Positions 1 through 9,613 of a stretch of DNA of 64,000 nt are shown one piece after another; positions within the stretch are counted from its first letter, which is position 1; each line of letters starts with the position of its first letter. This DNA comes from Alphaproteobacteria bacterium (GTDB lineage Bacteria; Pseudomonadota; Alphaproteobacteria; JBFXJJ01). Position numbers and translations under genes: made by a program. The stretch covers positions 1-64,000 of the forward strand of contig JBFXJJ010000012.1 in the NCBI GenBank assembly GCA_050175015.1, in the 5' to 3' direction. The notes beneath the pieces are model-generated. The model was given only the letters and a program-made list of their open reading frames with translations. It did no database searches and was not told the DNA's origin.

Positions 1-107
1 AGTTTCTCGGCAAATGGAAGAACACTTAAAATAGTTAAAACAATTAGGAAGAAAGAGAATAAAAAATTTTCTCTTTTCTTTTGTTTGCGAAGAGCCATAT
101 ATCCCAT
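1..107 (-). CDS. 5' part of a probable exported or membrane-anchored protein running off the window edge
   Basis: Manual translation MGYMALRKQKKRENFLFSFFLIVLTILSVLPFAEK: basic N-region then a hydrophobic stretch; divergent from the ORF at 223. Confidence 0.4.
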   Translation of the reverse strand, partial: MGYMALRKQKKRENFLFSFFLIVLTILSVLPFAEK

Positions 108-222
108 AGTTATATTCTTTTTATATTTTAAAAAATCGGTTAAAATAAACTTGTCTTTTATTACTTCTAAAACAAGTATATGATAATGGAAAACAAAAAA
201 ACACTATAAATGGATTTTTTTA

Positions 223-1455
223 ATGTATAACAGTAACTTAATTGTGGAAAATACATCTTTTTCGGATGCAGACTTCGTTTCTCTCGTTAAAGATGTTCTA
301 AGTTCATTGTTGGGAAATGTCCAAATTCTATCCGTAGATATGAGTATGGTTTTGGGAGCTTCTGCTGTTGTTATCGGAGGTCTTTTAATGCTGCTTTTTG
401 CTTCTCATAATTCTTCTGGAAGTGATGACAGCCCCTTGTTCGACGGGATAGAAGACAGGCTTAATGCGGCTTTAGATAAGGCCAAGGCTGAGGCTGGAGA
501 AGACGGGCATGATGCTGAAAAAGAACAGATTAAAGAGCGCCAAGAAAGAGAACGTGAAGAAAGAGAAAACCGAGAAAAGGAAGAAAAAAATAGAGAAAAA
601 GAGCGCAAACAAGAAGAAAAGCGTTTAGAAGAAGAACAAGCTAAAAAGAAAGAAAAAGAAAACGAATCGGAAAGAGAAAAAGAAGGGGTTTCTAAAACAG
701 GTGATGCTTCTTTAATGGGCAAGAAAAACACTGCGGAGCGTTTGGCTGAAGCCAATGATATTTTTAAAAGAATTGTTGATGCAATGGTTGCGGGCAAAAA
801 AGATAATGATATCAACCATCTTTTTGATGCCTTGGCAAAAACGGGCAAAGATAATGAATTTACAGGTATGATTGAGGCGGCAAAGCTTTATTTAAAAGAA
901 AATCCTTCAAAAGAGGGGCAGAATATTAATCTCCGTACGATTTCTAATTGGTTTGAAAAAGAGGCTGATATTGTAGAGAGAACAGCCAGTCATATGAAAG
1001 ACGGGCCTAAAAGAATAGATATTCTTGAAAAAGCATCAGATTTTTATATGAATGCCGCAGAGTTTCAGATGGTTCAAAATTCTACCAAAGCTATTACTAA
1101 TTTTGAAAAAGCGCTTAATTTAGATATTCGCAATAATGAAAAACTGGTGCGTTATGGCGATGCTTGCATTACTTTTGATAGATTAGATAAAGCAGAGTAT
1201 GTTAGTGCTCAGCTAATTCATAATTTGGAAGAAAACGTAACTCGCAGGAATGTATCTTCTTGCCTTGTTTTTTGTGATAAAATGTATGACCATAATATGG
1301 AAGAATCGGCATTTAAAATGAAGCAAGATATTAAGGAAATTCTTAAAGATAATGGAATTTTAATTCCTAGCAACACTAACAGCCAAGACCAAAGATCCCA
1401 TATAATGTCTTTAGTTAAAGATTATCAAAAAGAAGTGGAAGAAAAAGAAGCCTAG
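223..1455 (+). CDS. Hypothetical membrane-anchored protein with E/K/R-rich coiled coil and helical (TPR-like) C-terminal region
   Basis: 410-aa ORF; TM segment VLGASAVVIGGLLMLLFA; charged low-complexity stretch; AITNFEKALNLD resembles a TPR helix; start could be the ATG at 340. Confidence 0.7.
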   Translation: MYNSNLIVENTSFSDADFVSLVKDVLSSLLGNVQILSVDMSMVLGASAVVIGGLLMLLFASHNSSGSDDSPLFDGIEDRLNAALDKAKAEAGEDGHDAEKEQIKERQEREREERENREKEEKNREKERKQEEKRLEEEQAKKKEKENESEREKEGVSKTGDASLMGKKNTAERLAEANDIFKRIVDAMVAGKKDNDINHLFDALAKTGKDNEFTGMIEAAKLYLKENPSKEGQNINLRTISNWFEKEADIVERTASHMKDGPKRIDILEKASDFYMNAAEFQMVQNSTKAITNFEKALNLDIRNNEKLVRYGDACITFDRLDKAEYVSAQLIHNLEENVTRRNVSSCLVFCDKMYDHNMEESAFKMKQDIKEILKDNGILIPSNTNSQDQRSHIMSLVKDYQKEVEEKEA

Positions 1456-1550
1456 AGACTAGCCTTTAGTTTTAAGCAAATTAATAGTTATAATTTTGCC
1501 TTTTAGTAAACCTTAATAGCTATTTCCAATCCAAACTTATATATAATTTG

Positions 1551-2249
1551 TTATGGCTTTTTCATAGCAATTGTTTTTTGATAGACCCCGCCAAGAAAGG
1601 TTTCTTTGCGCCATATATAATCATCGGCATTAGATGCAAATGAAGAAATATCTTTTTCAAATAAGCTTTCGGTAAAAGGTGAATATAAAAAGGCAAAAGG
1701 TTTGATAAGATATTTTAACGGGTTCATTTTTGCTGGGTTGCTGAAATCAATAAAAACAGCTTTAGCGTGGGGATCATTTTTCAGGCAGTTAAGCATATTA
1801 TCAATAACTCTGGTCTTCTTCGGATCAGGGAGTTCGTGCAATAAAAAGAAGGAAAGCACAACATCATATTTTCTATCGGTCGGGGGTGTGTTTTCTGCAT
1901 CAAGATTATAAACTTGGGTTTGAGGGTAAGCTCCTAGTTGGTCTTTCCATTTTTTTAATTGAATTTTAGAAATATCAATAATATCGAAGAAGCCATCATC
2001 GCCAACTTTATCGGCAATAGCGTAAATTTGGTCGCCATAAGTTGTTCCCATTTGAAGCACTGCATCTTTAGGGTTAACTTCATTTGCGGCTAGCTTAGCA
2101 AGCTTTCCGGCATAAAAAAAAGATTTGAGATAAACAATCATAATGTTGTTAAGAAAACTTACCATAGTCGGGTTTAAATATGCCCAGTGGTGTATTTTCT
2201 TCATATATTCAGGAAGTTCAACAGAAACGGAAGAATTATTGTCTGACAT
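1551..2249 (-). CDS. rquA: Rhodoquinone biosynthesis protein RquA (class I SAM methyltransferase fold)
   Basis: N-terminal PEYMKKIHHWAYLNP, altered SAM motif VLQMGTTYG, DIIDISKIQL, SFFLLHELP and C-terminal FLGGVYQK match RquA features. Confidence 0.85.
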   Translation of the reverse strand: MSDNNSSVSVELPEYMKKIHHWAYLNPTMVSFLNNIMIVYLKSFFYAGKLAKLAANEVNPKDAVLQMGTTYGDQIYAIADKVGDDGFFDIIDISKIQLKKWKDQLGAYPQTQVYNLDAENTPPTDRKYDVVLSFFLLHELPDPKKTRVIDNMLNCLKNDPHAKAVFIDFSNPAKMNPLKYLIKPFAFLYSPFTESLFEKDISSFASNADDYIWRKETFLGGVYQKTIAMKKP

Positions 2250-2264
2250 TTAAAGCAACCTTTT

Positions 2265-4703
2265 TTAATTACAAATAAAAATAAGATACTGTTTAATAAG
2301 CTCGGTTATCGATTTTTGGTAAACATCGTCAAGCTGTAAGCAGAGACTTTTTACAAGTTTATAGTTTTGTTTTTTACATTCCAACTCTATTTTGCCATTA
2401 AGTTCAGAAAATTTTATTAAACCAACACTGGCAGATGAAGATTTAAAACCGTGGGTCTGAATCCTAACCTTTTCATAATTACAATCTGTAGCAGACTGTT
2501 TAATCTTTATAATCAGCTCTTCAGCATATACAAAGAAGTCCTTAAATAAAGTTAGAATATCATCTTTTTCAATTTCAGAAACTAACGTTTCAATAGCAAT
2601 CATATCAAGCCAGAGATTTTCTTTGTTTGGTTTTGCTTCTTTGTATTTGAAAGCATAACCTCTATTATCAACTTTTGCTTCAGGTGCGAATTTAGCTAAA
2701 ACATTTAGGAGCTCGGGAAGATATACTGGTTTTGTAAGATACCAGTCCATACCAGATGCAAGACATTTTTCTTTCTCATCAGGAGAAATACTTCCTGTAA
2801 GAGCTATGATTGGAGTTTTTGCTTTGGGCGGATCTAATTTTCTGATTTTATGCGTGGCCTCAAAACCATCTAAAAGAGGCATATTTACGTCCATAAGAAT
2901 CAGATCAAAATCATTAGAAAAAACAGCTCCTACGGCATCTTCTCCGTTATGAACAACGGTTATATTATGTCCTCTCTTGCCTAAGAAATTTAATGCGACT
3001 TTAACATTTATAGGGTCATCTTCCGCTAAAAGAATCTCTAAAGGCTTGATATAAGGTTCAGGAGTGTCAAAATCATTTTCGACAACCAATTTAACTTTTG
3101 ATGATGCTTCTTTTAGGGGAAGTTTGAACCAGAAAAAACTGCCATTGTTAGCACTGGTTTCAAAACCAATTTCGCCGCCCATAATATTTATAAGGTTTTG
3201 ACATATTGCAAGTCCAAGCCCCGTTCCGCCATACTTACTGGTTATGGCAGCATCAGCTTGAGAGAAAGCTTTAAAGATTTTAGCCCCTTCTTCTTCAACC
3301 ATACCAATCCCAGTATCTTTTATTTTGAATAAAAGAGTGTGTCCCTTATTATTTTGTTCACAGTTTTCAACTGTGATGGTAATGCCGCCTTTTTCTGTAA
3401 ATTTAATAGCATTATTAATAATATTTATAATAATTTGTCTGATTTTATGCGGGTCACCATTAAGAAAGCGGTAAACGTCATTTTTAATATTAATTGCAAG
3501 TCCGATATTCTTTTGACTGGCATAAGGCTTCATCAGCTTCAAAATGCCTTCAAGCAGAAGTTTTAAATCAAAATCGACCTGATCAACTTTCATTTGTTTA
3601 GATTCAATTTTAGATAAGTCTAAAACATCGGATAGAATTTTTTCCAGAGAGTTACAAGAAGCAATAATCGTATCGACTGTGTCTTTTTGTGTATTATCAA
3701 GTTTGGTTTCAAGTAAAGTATTAGCAAGACCAAAAATGCCATTTAAGGGGTTTCGTATTTCGTGGCTGATAAAAGATATAAATTCACTTTTTTCATTAAG
3801 ATCTTTTTGAAGCTTCTCTCGAAGGGTTCGAACTTCACTAATATCATCATTAAAAGCAATAAAGTGGGTTAAGTTCTTTTTTTCATCAAAGATGGGAGAG
3901 ATTCTAGAGTCCTGCCAAAAGAAATTGCCGTCTTTACGTTTGTTAAGAAATTCGCCCCGCCAGCATTTTCCTGATTTAATAGTCTGCCACAGTTCTTGAT
4001 AAACATCATCTCCCATACCTCCAGATTTTAATATGGAAGGTTTTTTACCTTCGACATCATCAAAAGTATAGCCTGTAATTTGGGTAAATTCAGGGTTGAC
4101 ATATTCTATGTAACCGTCCCTGTCTGTGATAATAACCGCCATTTTCAGGTGTTCGAAATATTTAGATATGTTGTTGGTTATTTTTTGTTGTTGAGCTAGT
4201 TCCTTTTCAAGTTTTTGATGTTGCCTTACGGCATTGTTTTTGGTGGCTTGAAGAGAAAAAACCGATGCAACCATACGCAAAAAAGACTTTTCGCCTTCTT
4301 TCCAATTTTTAACGTTGCCATATTTATAAAGAGCAAAAACGCCATCTAAGCTATTATTGCAAAAAACAGGAAACATAGCAAAAGCCCCAACTCTTGAGGC
4401 TTCTAATGTTGCTAAATCTGAAGGCGCTTTTTCATTTAAGTCGCCGATTTTGCCGATAAAAATTTCATTGTCATAAACAAGCTGATTAAGACACCAAAAA
4501 AGCTGATTGTGGGAAATGATTTCTGGCAGCTCGGCATTTTTATCAATGTCATTTTTTCTCCAATTAAAAGCCGCCTGATAACTGCTTTCATTTTGCTTTA
4601 AATACAGGCAGGCTTCATCAGCATCACATATCAATGCAGATGCTAAAAGGGCATCATTAACGATTTTTTCATCTTTGTATTTTTTTGTTTCTTTTAAAGA
4701 CAT
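2265..4703 (-). CDS. Cytoplasmic hybrid sensor histidine kinase (GAF-PAS-HisKA-HATPase-REC-Hpt)
   Basis: PAS ITDRDGYIEYVNPEFTQITGY; H-box SHEIRNPLNG; NAIKFT, DTGIG, GGTGLGL; REC LILMDVNMP; Hpt HGFKSSS; no TM helix. Confidence 0.93.
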   Translation of the reverse strand: MSLKETKKYKDEKIVNDALLASALICDADEACLYLKQNESSYQAAFNWRKNDIDKNAELPEIISHNQLFWCLNQLVYDNEIFIGKIGDLNEKAPSDLATLEASRVGAFAMFPVFCNNSLDGVFALYKYGNVKNWKEGEKSFLRMVASVFSLQATKNNAVRQHQKLEKELAQQQKITNNISKYFEHLKMAVIITDRDGYIEYVNPEFTQITGYTFDDVEGKKPSILKSGGMGDDVYQELWQTIKSGKCWRGEFLNKRKDGNFFWQDSRISPIFDEKKNLTHFIAFNDDISEVRTLREKLQKDLNEKSEFISFISHEIRNPLNGIFGLANTLLETKLDNTQKDTVDTIIASCNSLEKILSDVLDLSKIESKQMKVDQVDFDLKLLLEGILKLMKPYASQKNIGLAINIKNDVYRFLNGDPHKIRQIIINIINNAIKFTEKGGITITVENCEQNNKGHTLLFKIKDTGIGMVEEEGAKIFKAFSQADAAITSKYGGTGLGLAICQNLINIMGGEIGFETSANNGSFFWFKLPLKEASSKVKLVVENDFDTPEPYIKPLEILLAEDDPINVKVALNFLGKRGHNITVVHNGEDAVGAVFSNDFDLILMDVNMPLLDGFEATHKIRKLDPPKAKTPIIALTGSISPDEKEKCLASGMDWYLTKPVYLPELLNVLAKFAPEAKVDNRGYAFKYKEAKPNKENLWLDMIAIETLVSEIEKDDILTLFKDFFVYAEELIIKIKQSATDCNYEKVRIQTHGFKSSSASVGLIKFSELNGKIELECKKQNYKLVKSLCLQLDDVYQKSITELIKQYLIFICN

Positions 4704-4719
4704 AAAAATTCCTTAAATC

Positions 4720-5397
4720 TTATTTTTCAATGTTTTCAGGTTTCACTAACCCCATACTAATGGCGGTCATAATAGCACCAGTCCGGTTTGAAACTTTAAG
4801 TGCTTTTAAAATAGAAGTAACGTGAAGCTTAACGGTTCCCTCTGAAAGTCCTAGTTCGTGAGCAATAATTTTATTAGATTTTCCTTGCCCGATTAAAGTT
4901 AGAATTTCTTTTTGGCGAGGAGTCAAACTGGTTTCTTCCAAATTAGGATTCGTTTTTGTGCTTCCTTGATTGTCTAAAATATCATTTTCAAATTCTTCGT
5001 TAGAAATTGAAATTTCTGGAGGAATATAAATTCCGCCAGCCAGCACTTTTTGAATTACATTTATAATAATTTTGTTAGAAGATGTTTTGGGGATAAAACC
5101 ATTAACTTTTAGCTCTAAAGCTTTGTCTATAATGTCTTTGCTGTGTACGGCAGAGAGAATAACAACTGGAGTTTGGGGCATCTTTTGTTTTATTTCTGTT
5201 ATGGCATCAATCCAATTCATTCCAGGCATAGCAAGATCAGTAAGGATTAAGTCATATTTGGTATCGGTAAAAACAAAAGATATTAATTCGCGATAATCTC
5301 TGGCAAGATCGAAAGAAATATCGGTTCCAAGGTCTTGCAGAGCGAGTTGTAAACCGCTTAAAAACATTTCGTGGTCATCTGCCAGCAATATATGCAA
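4720..5397 (-). CDS. NarL/LuxR-family response regulator
   Basis: ILLADDH, LILTDLAMP receiver; LTPRQKEILTLIGQGKSNKIIAHELGLSEGTVKLHV HTH. Confidence 0.95.
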   Translation of the reverse strand: MHILLADDHEMFLSGLQLALQDLGTDISFDLARDYRELISFVFTDTKYDLILTDLAMPGMNWIDAITEIKQKMPQTPVVILSAVHSKDIIDKALELKVNGFIPKTSSNKIIINVIQKVLAGGIYIPPEISISNEEFENDILDNQGSTKTNPNLEETSLTPRQKEILTLIGQGKSNKIIAHELGLSEGTVKLHVTSILKALKVSNRTGAIMTAISMGLVKPENIEK

Positions 5398-5562
5398 CTA
5401 AATTTCTCCCAAGCTTTTAACGTTATATTATTCTATATCAAAAAAAATGTTACTTGTTAATTAATACATTTTTATTATTTTCATTGTTGAGATTAAATCT
5501 AATGACGTGTAAATAATATCATATAAACATAAAGTCATAAATTTTTAGAGAATTTACAAAAC

Positions 5563-6312
5563 ATGGCACAAGCAAAAGAATTAGAAATCAGTGTGGTCGT
5601 CCCAGTTCATAATGAGGAAGATAATATTTTTTCTTTAGTCACAGAAATTAAGGACGCACTTAAAGACAAATATAAATTTGAAATTGTTTATGTTGACGAT
5701 GGTTCAACGGATAAAACTTATAGCAAGCTGCAAGAAGCAATGGAAAAGTTTCCTGAGTTGAGAGTTATCAGGCACAAAAAAAGCTGTGGTCAAAGTCAAG
5801 CTGTGGCAACAGGTGTCAGATATGCTAAGGCTCCAGTTATTGCAACATTAGATGGTGATGGTCAAAATGACCCTGCTGATATTCCTAATATGTATGCGGT
5901 GCATCAAGCCGAAGATAATCCTGAAAAACTAATGATAGCAGGGCATCGCCATAAAAGAAAAGATGTGACCAGTAAGAGATATACATCAAAAATAGCTAAT
6001 GCTATTCGTAAAAGACTCTTAAAAGATGACACTCCTGATACAGGCTGTGGTTGCAAACTTTTTCCGAGGGAAGCTTTTATGGATATGCCAAGGTTTGATA
6101 ATATGCATCGCTTTCTGCCTGCTCTAATGATTAGAGGCGGCGGGCGTGTAAAATCTGTCCATGTAAATCACCGTTTTCGTGAAAAAGGTGTTTCTAAATA
6201 TGGTTTTTGGGATAGATTCAGAGCTAGTGCTTTCGATATTATTGGTGTTTGCTGGCTTATGAAACGTTCCAGCAATCCTGAAGTTGAAATTGTGACTAAA
6301 ACAAAAAAATAA
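5563..6312 (+). CDS. GT2 polyprenyl-phosphate glycosyltransferase (DPM1/ArnC/RgtE-like)
   Basis: SVVVPVHNEE, VDDGSTD, LDGDGQNDPAD, DTGCGCKLF, HRFLPAL. Confidence 0.9.
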   Translation: MAQAKELEISVVVPVHNEEDNIFSLVTEIKDALKDKYKFEIVYVDDGSTDKTYSKLQEAMEKFPELRVIRHKKSCGQSQAVATGVRYAKAPVIATLDGDGQNDPADIPNMYAVHQAEDNPEKLMIAGHRHKRKDVTSKRYTSKIANAIRKRLLKDDTPDTGCGCKLFPREAFMDMPRFDNMHRFLPALMIRGGGRVKSVHVNHRFREKGVSKYGFWDRFRASAFDIIGVCWLMKRSSNPEVEIVTKTKK

Positions 6313-6329
6313 AGACAGGGCGGTATATT

Positions 6330-6752
6330 ATGGATTTTGAGATAAACGGTTGGGTGGTGTTTGGTTTTTTAGGACAGTTTTTCTTTTCTATGCGTTTTAT
6401 TCTTCAATGGATTTCGTCAGAAAAAGCTAAAAAATCAGTTGTTCCTGTTGCTTTTTGGTATTTTAGTTTGCTAGGTGGATCGGTGCTGTTTATCTATGCG
6501 CTTTATCAAAAAGATCCTGTTTTTATTTTAGGGCAAGGATTAGGTCTTTTTATTTATATTAGAAATCTTTATTTTGTTACTAAAAATAAAAAGAGCAAAG
6601 ACATTATTCCTGATCCTAGTTTTAAGGCAAAAAGTAAACGCAGCATTTGGAAAATAAATAATGAACGAAAACTTATTAACCGCAAACTCTCTGGCAAGCG
6701 CCTTTCAAATAGATTACGCCAAAGCTTCAAATCTTATAGCAGACGCTTTTAA
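6330..6752 (+). CDS. Lipid-A-disaccharide synthase N-terminal (LAB_N)-domain small membrane protein
   Basis: GFLGQFFFSMRFILQWISSEKAKKSVVPVAFWYFSLLGG..DPVFILGQ signature; usual partner of the GT2; tail overlaps tldD by 92 bp. Confidence 0.85.
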   Translation: MDFEINGWVVFGFLGQFFFSMRFILQWISSEKAKKSVVPVAFWYFSLLGGSVLFIYALYQKDPVFILGQGLGLFIYIRNLYFVTKNKKSKDIIPDPSFKAKSKRSIWKINNERKLINRKLSGKRLSNRLRQSFKSYSRRF

Positions 6753-8100
6753 GTCAAGCGATGACGGCGAGCTTTATCTTAAATATGGAGAGGGTGAAAC
6801 TCTAACTCTTGACGATAACACGATAAAAAATGCCTCATATAATGTTTGTCAAGGTTATGGTTTGAGAGTTGTAAGCGGCGATGTTGTGTCTTTTGCCCAC
6901 TCGAATAAGCTGGGAGAGCAAGCTCTGGTTCGCCTAGCCGGCTCGTTAAAATCAGCTTCACTTTCAGGAACAGGGGTTATGGCTCCCAATCCTGAAATTA
7001 ATACCAGAGAGCTGCTTTATAAGCCTATTAATCCCATTGTTTCACCATCATTTGACGATAAAATAAAATTACTACAAAAAATCAATGATTATGCTCGAAG
7101 TCTTGATACTAAAATATTTCAAGTAACAGCGAGTTTAACCGCATCTTATGCTGCGGTTGCTGTGGTTAAACCTGATGGATTCGTTGGTTTTGATTATCGC
7201 CCCATTACAAGAATCGGTATTTCGGTTATGGTTAAAGACGGTAATAGAATCGAGGCTGGCAACAAAGGGGCTGGCGGTCGTTTTGAATTTGCACGGATTT
7301 TACAAGATGATAGTTGGCAGGCGATGGCAAGAGAAGCTTTCCGTAAGGCCTCGCTTAATCTTGAAGCTAAACCTGCACCAGCTGGTGAAATGGCTGTTGT
7401 TTTAGGTTCAGGCTGGCCTGGCGTTTTGCTGCACGAGGCTGTCGGACACGGTTTAGAAGGCGATTTTAACCGTAAAAAATCGTCGGTGTACTCTGGTAAA
7501 ATAGGAGAAAGAGTTGCCGCCAAAGGCGTTACCATTATTGATGACGGAACTATTCCCGAAAGAAGAGGCAGTCTTAACATTGATGATGAAGGTACTCCAA
7601 CCAAGGAAAATGTTTTAATCGAAGATGGCATCTTAAAAGGCTATATGTTTGACCGTATGAATTCTAGGCTTATGGGCTGCTCATCGACTGGCAATGGCAG
7701 GAGAGAATCTTATGATTGTATGCCGATGCCTCGTATGACCAACACTTTTATGGCAAAAGGTGATTGCGCTCCAGATGAGATTATATCATCAGTAAAAAAA
7801 GGAATTTATGCGGTAGATTTTACAGGCGGGCAGGTTGATATTGTTTCAGGTAAATTTGTTTTTAGCTGTTCCGAAGCATATGAGATAGAAAATGGTAAAA
7901 TTGGTTCTCCAATAAAAGGGGCAACGCTTATCGGCAATGGTTTTGATGTTATGAATAAGATTAATATGATTGGCAACGACTTGGAACTAGACGGCGGTAT
8001 CGGCGTTTGCGGTAAAGCTGGGCAAAGCGTTCCCGTTGGTATTGGGCAGCCGACACTTAAGATTGACAGCATCACAGTTGGCGGTACCAAAACAGAGTAA
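6661..8100 (+). CDS. tldD: Metalloprotease TldD
   Basis: GWPGVLLHEAVGHGLEGDFNRK, TGNGRRESY, PMPRMTNT, GVCGKAGQSVPVGIGQP. Confidence 0.95.
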   Translation: MNENLLTANSLASAFQIDYAKASNLIADAFKSSDDGELYLKYGEGETLTLDDNTIKNASYNVCQGYGLRVVSGDVVSFAHSNKLGEQALVRLAGSLKSASLSGTGVMAPNPEINTRELLYKPINPIVSPSFDDKIKLLQKINDYARSLDTKIFQVTASLTASYAAVAVVKPDGFVGFDYRPITRIGISVMVKDGNRIEAGNKGAGGRFEFARILQDDSWQAMAREAFRKASLNLEAKPAPAGEMAVVLGSGWPGVLLHEAVGHGLEGDFNRKKSSVYSGKIGERVAAKGVTIIDDGTIPERRGSLNIDDEGTPTKENVLIEDGILKGYMFDRMNSRLMGCSSTGNGRRESYDCMPMPRMTNTFMAKGDCAPDEIISSVKKGIYAVDFTGGQVDIVSGKFVFSCSEAYEIENGKIGSPIKGATLIGNGFDVMNKINMIGNDLELDGGIGVCGKAGQSVPVGIGQPTLKIDSITVGGTKTE

Positions 8101-8119
8101 AAAAATATTTGATAATGCC

Positions 8120-8267
8120 TAGAGCATATTTTATTTAGCCCTATCCATTCCAACGAAAATAAAAAAGTTTTGATTTTACTTTTGCAAAAGTAAAGCCGCC
8201 AGTAGGCACTTGCCGTTAGGCAAGGTCATAACGTTAATTTGCATATAAACAAATGAAATATGCTCTA
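8120..8267. mobile_element. 148-bp MITE-like element with 17-bp terminal inverted repeats, TA at both ends
   Basis: TAGAGCATATTTTATTT (8120-8136) vs AAATGAAATATGCTCTA (8251-8267), one mismatch; internal perfect 20-bp palindrome 8175-8194 and CTTGCC-GTTA-GGCAAG hairpin; no ORF. Confidence 0.75.
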
Positions 8268-8366
8268 AAAATCTGCCTGTTAAGGCTACCATAAAGCAAA
8301 ATTAAAAACTTACAATTTGCGATATAAAAGCCCAAACGTTATTAAAATATAACTTAAGTTATAACC

Positions 8367-8756
8367 TTATTGTTGCAGCCACGAGGGCTTGCAATCTTCT
8401 AGCTTGCCATCTTTTAACGTAAAGTTTTCAAGACTGTTAGCTTTTGCCTGAATACAAATATAAGATAACGAGCTATTGTCGTCAGCTTTTATGCTTCTTG
8501 CTCCTTGAGGGGAGATTCTAAAAACATCGTCTTTTTTTATTATTATTTCTTCGCCGTCGATATAAAGCAGACCTTCACCGTTTAAGATAAAATATATTTC
8601 TTCATTCTGTTTGTGGGAGTGGACGAAAGGTAAGCTTTCTCCAGCATTTATTTGATTGATTGATATTTCAGAGCTGGTCAGATTTAACTGATCGTGCAAT
8701 TCAATGCGCTTAAGCTTATTAATATCATTTAGGTGGATAATGTTATAATTTTTCAT
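8367..8756 (-). CDS. Cupin-domain protein
   Basis: PFVHSHKQNEEIYFILNGEG cupin motif; start moved to the ATG at 8756 to avoid the rsmE overlap. Confidence 0.85.
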   Translation of the reverse strand: MKNYNIIHLNDINKLKRIELHDQLNLTSSEISINQINAGESLPFVHSHKQNEEIYFILNGEGLLYIDGEEIIIKKDDVFRISPQGARSIKADDNSSLSYICIQAKANSLENFTLKDGKLEDCKPSWLQQ

Positions 8757-8812
8757 AATGTTATCTATATACAGAAAGTGAAGCTGTTTTTTTTGCTTTA
8801 TCAAAGTTGTTT

Positions 8813-9544
8813 TTACTGCCAATCACCGCTAATGGCCTGCCAGCAGGCAAGCGCTGCCATACAAGCTGTTTCTGCCCGCAATATTCTAGAGCCAAGAGTT
8901 ATAGGAATAACCGCTTTTTGATTAAGCAGAAAAGTTCGTTCGACTTCGTCAAAACCGCCCTCGGGACCAATTAAAAAGACTGGTGAATTTGCCGTTTTAT
9001 TAAAAGCATCTTTAATAGGCAGACCTTCACCTCTTTCATCTAAGAAAAATAAAGTTGCATCTTTAGAAATACGGTTTACGGCGGTGTCTAAATTGCGTTC
9101 CCTTACAATTTCAGGAACGGATAAGCGCTCGCATTGTTCGCTGGCTTCAATGGCATTGGCAGTTAAGCGGTCAATATTAACTCTAGCCGCATTGGTTCTT
9201 TTGGTGATAATAGGAGATATTTTGGTTACGCCAAGCTCGGTTGCTTTTTGAATTACAAAGTCGGTCTCGTCTTTTTTTAAGGGCGCAAACATCAACTCAA
9301 CTTCAGGCAGATCCTCTTGTTCACGAAGTTGTTCCTCAAGAATAATAACGGTTTCGCTTTTTCTTACTGAGGATATTTTTGCCAGCCATTCTCCGTCCAT
9401 ACCATTAAATATTTTAATTTCATTGTTAGGTTTAAGGCGCATAACATTAATCAAATAGTGGGTTTGATCTTTGTTTAAGATTATGTTTTCACTATTACTA
9501 AAGCTTTCGTTGATAAATAATCTTTTTAAGGTAATTAACGACAT
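8813..9544 (-). CDS. rsmE: 16S rRNA m3U1498 methyltransferase RsmE
   Basis: HYLINVMRL, QKATELGV, EASEQCERL, IGPEGGF, LGSRILRAETA. Confidence 0.96.
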   Translation of the reverse strand: MSLITLKRLFINESFSNSENIILNKDQTHYLINVMRLKPNNEIKIFNGMDGEWLAKISSVRKSETVIILEEQLREQEDLPEVELMFAPLKKDETDFVIQKATELGVTKISPIITKRTNAARVNIDRLTANAIEASEQCERLSVPEIVRERNLDTAVNRISKDATLFFLDERGEGLPIKDAFNKTANSPVFLIGPEGGFDEVERTFLLNQKAVIPITLGSRILRAETACMAALACWQAISGDWQ

Positions 9545-9613
9545 TTTGTTTTTGAATCTCCATTTGTTTTAATATATTTTAAACTTTTTTACTTCAAAGG
9601 AAATAAATATAAG

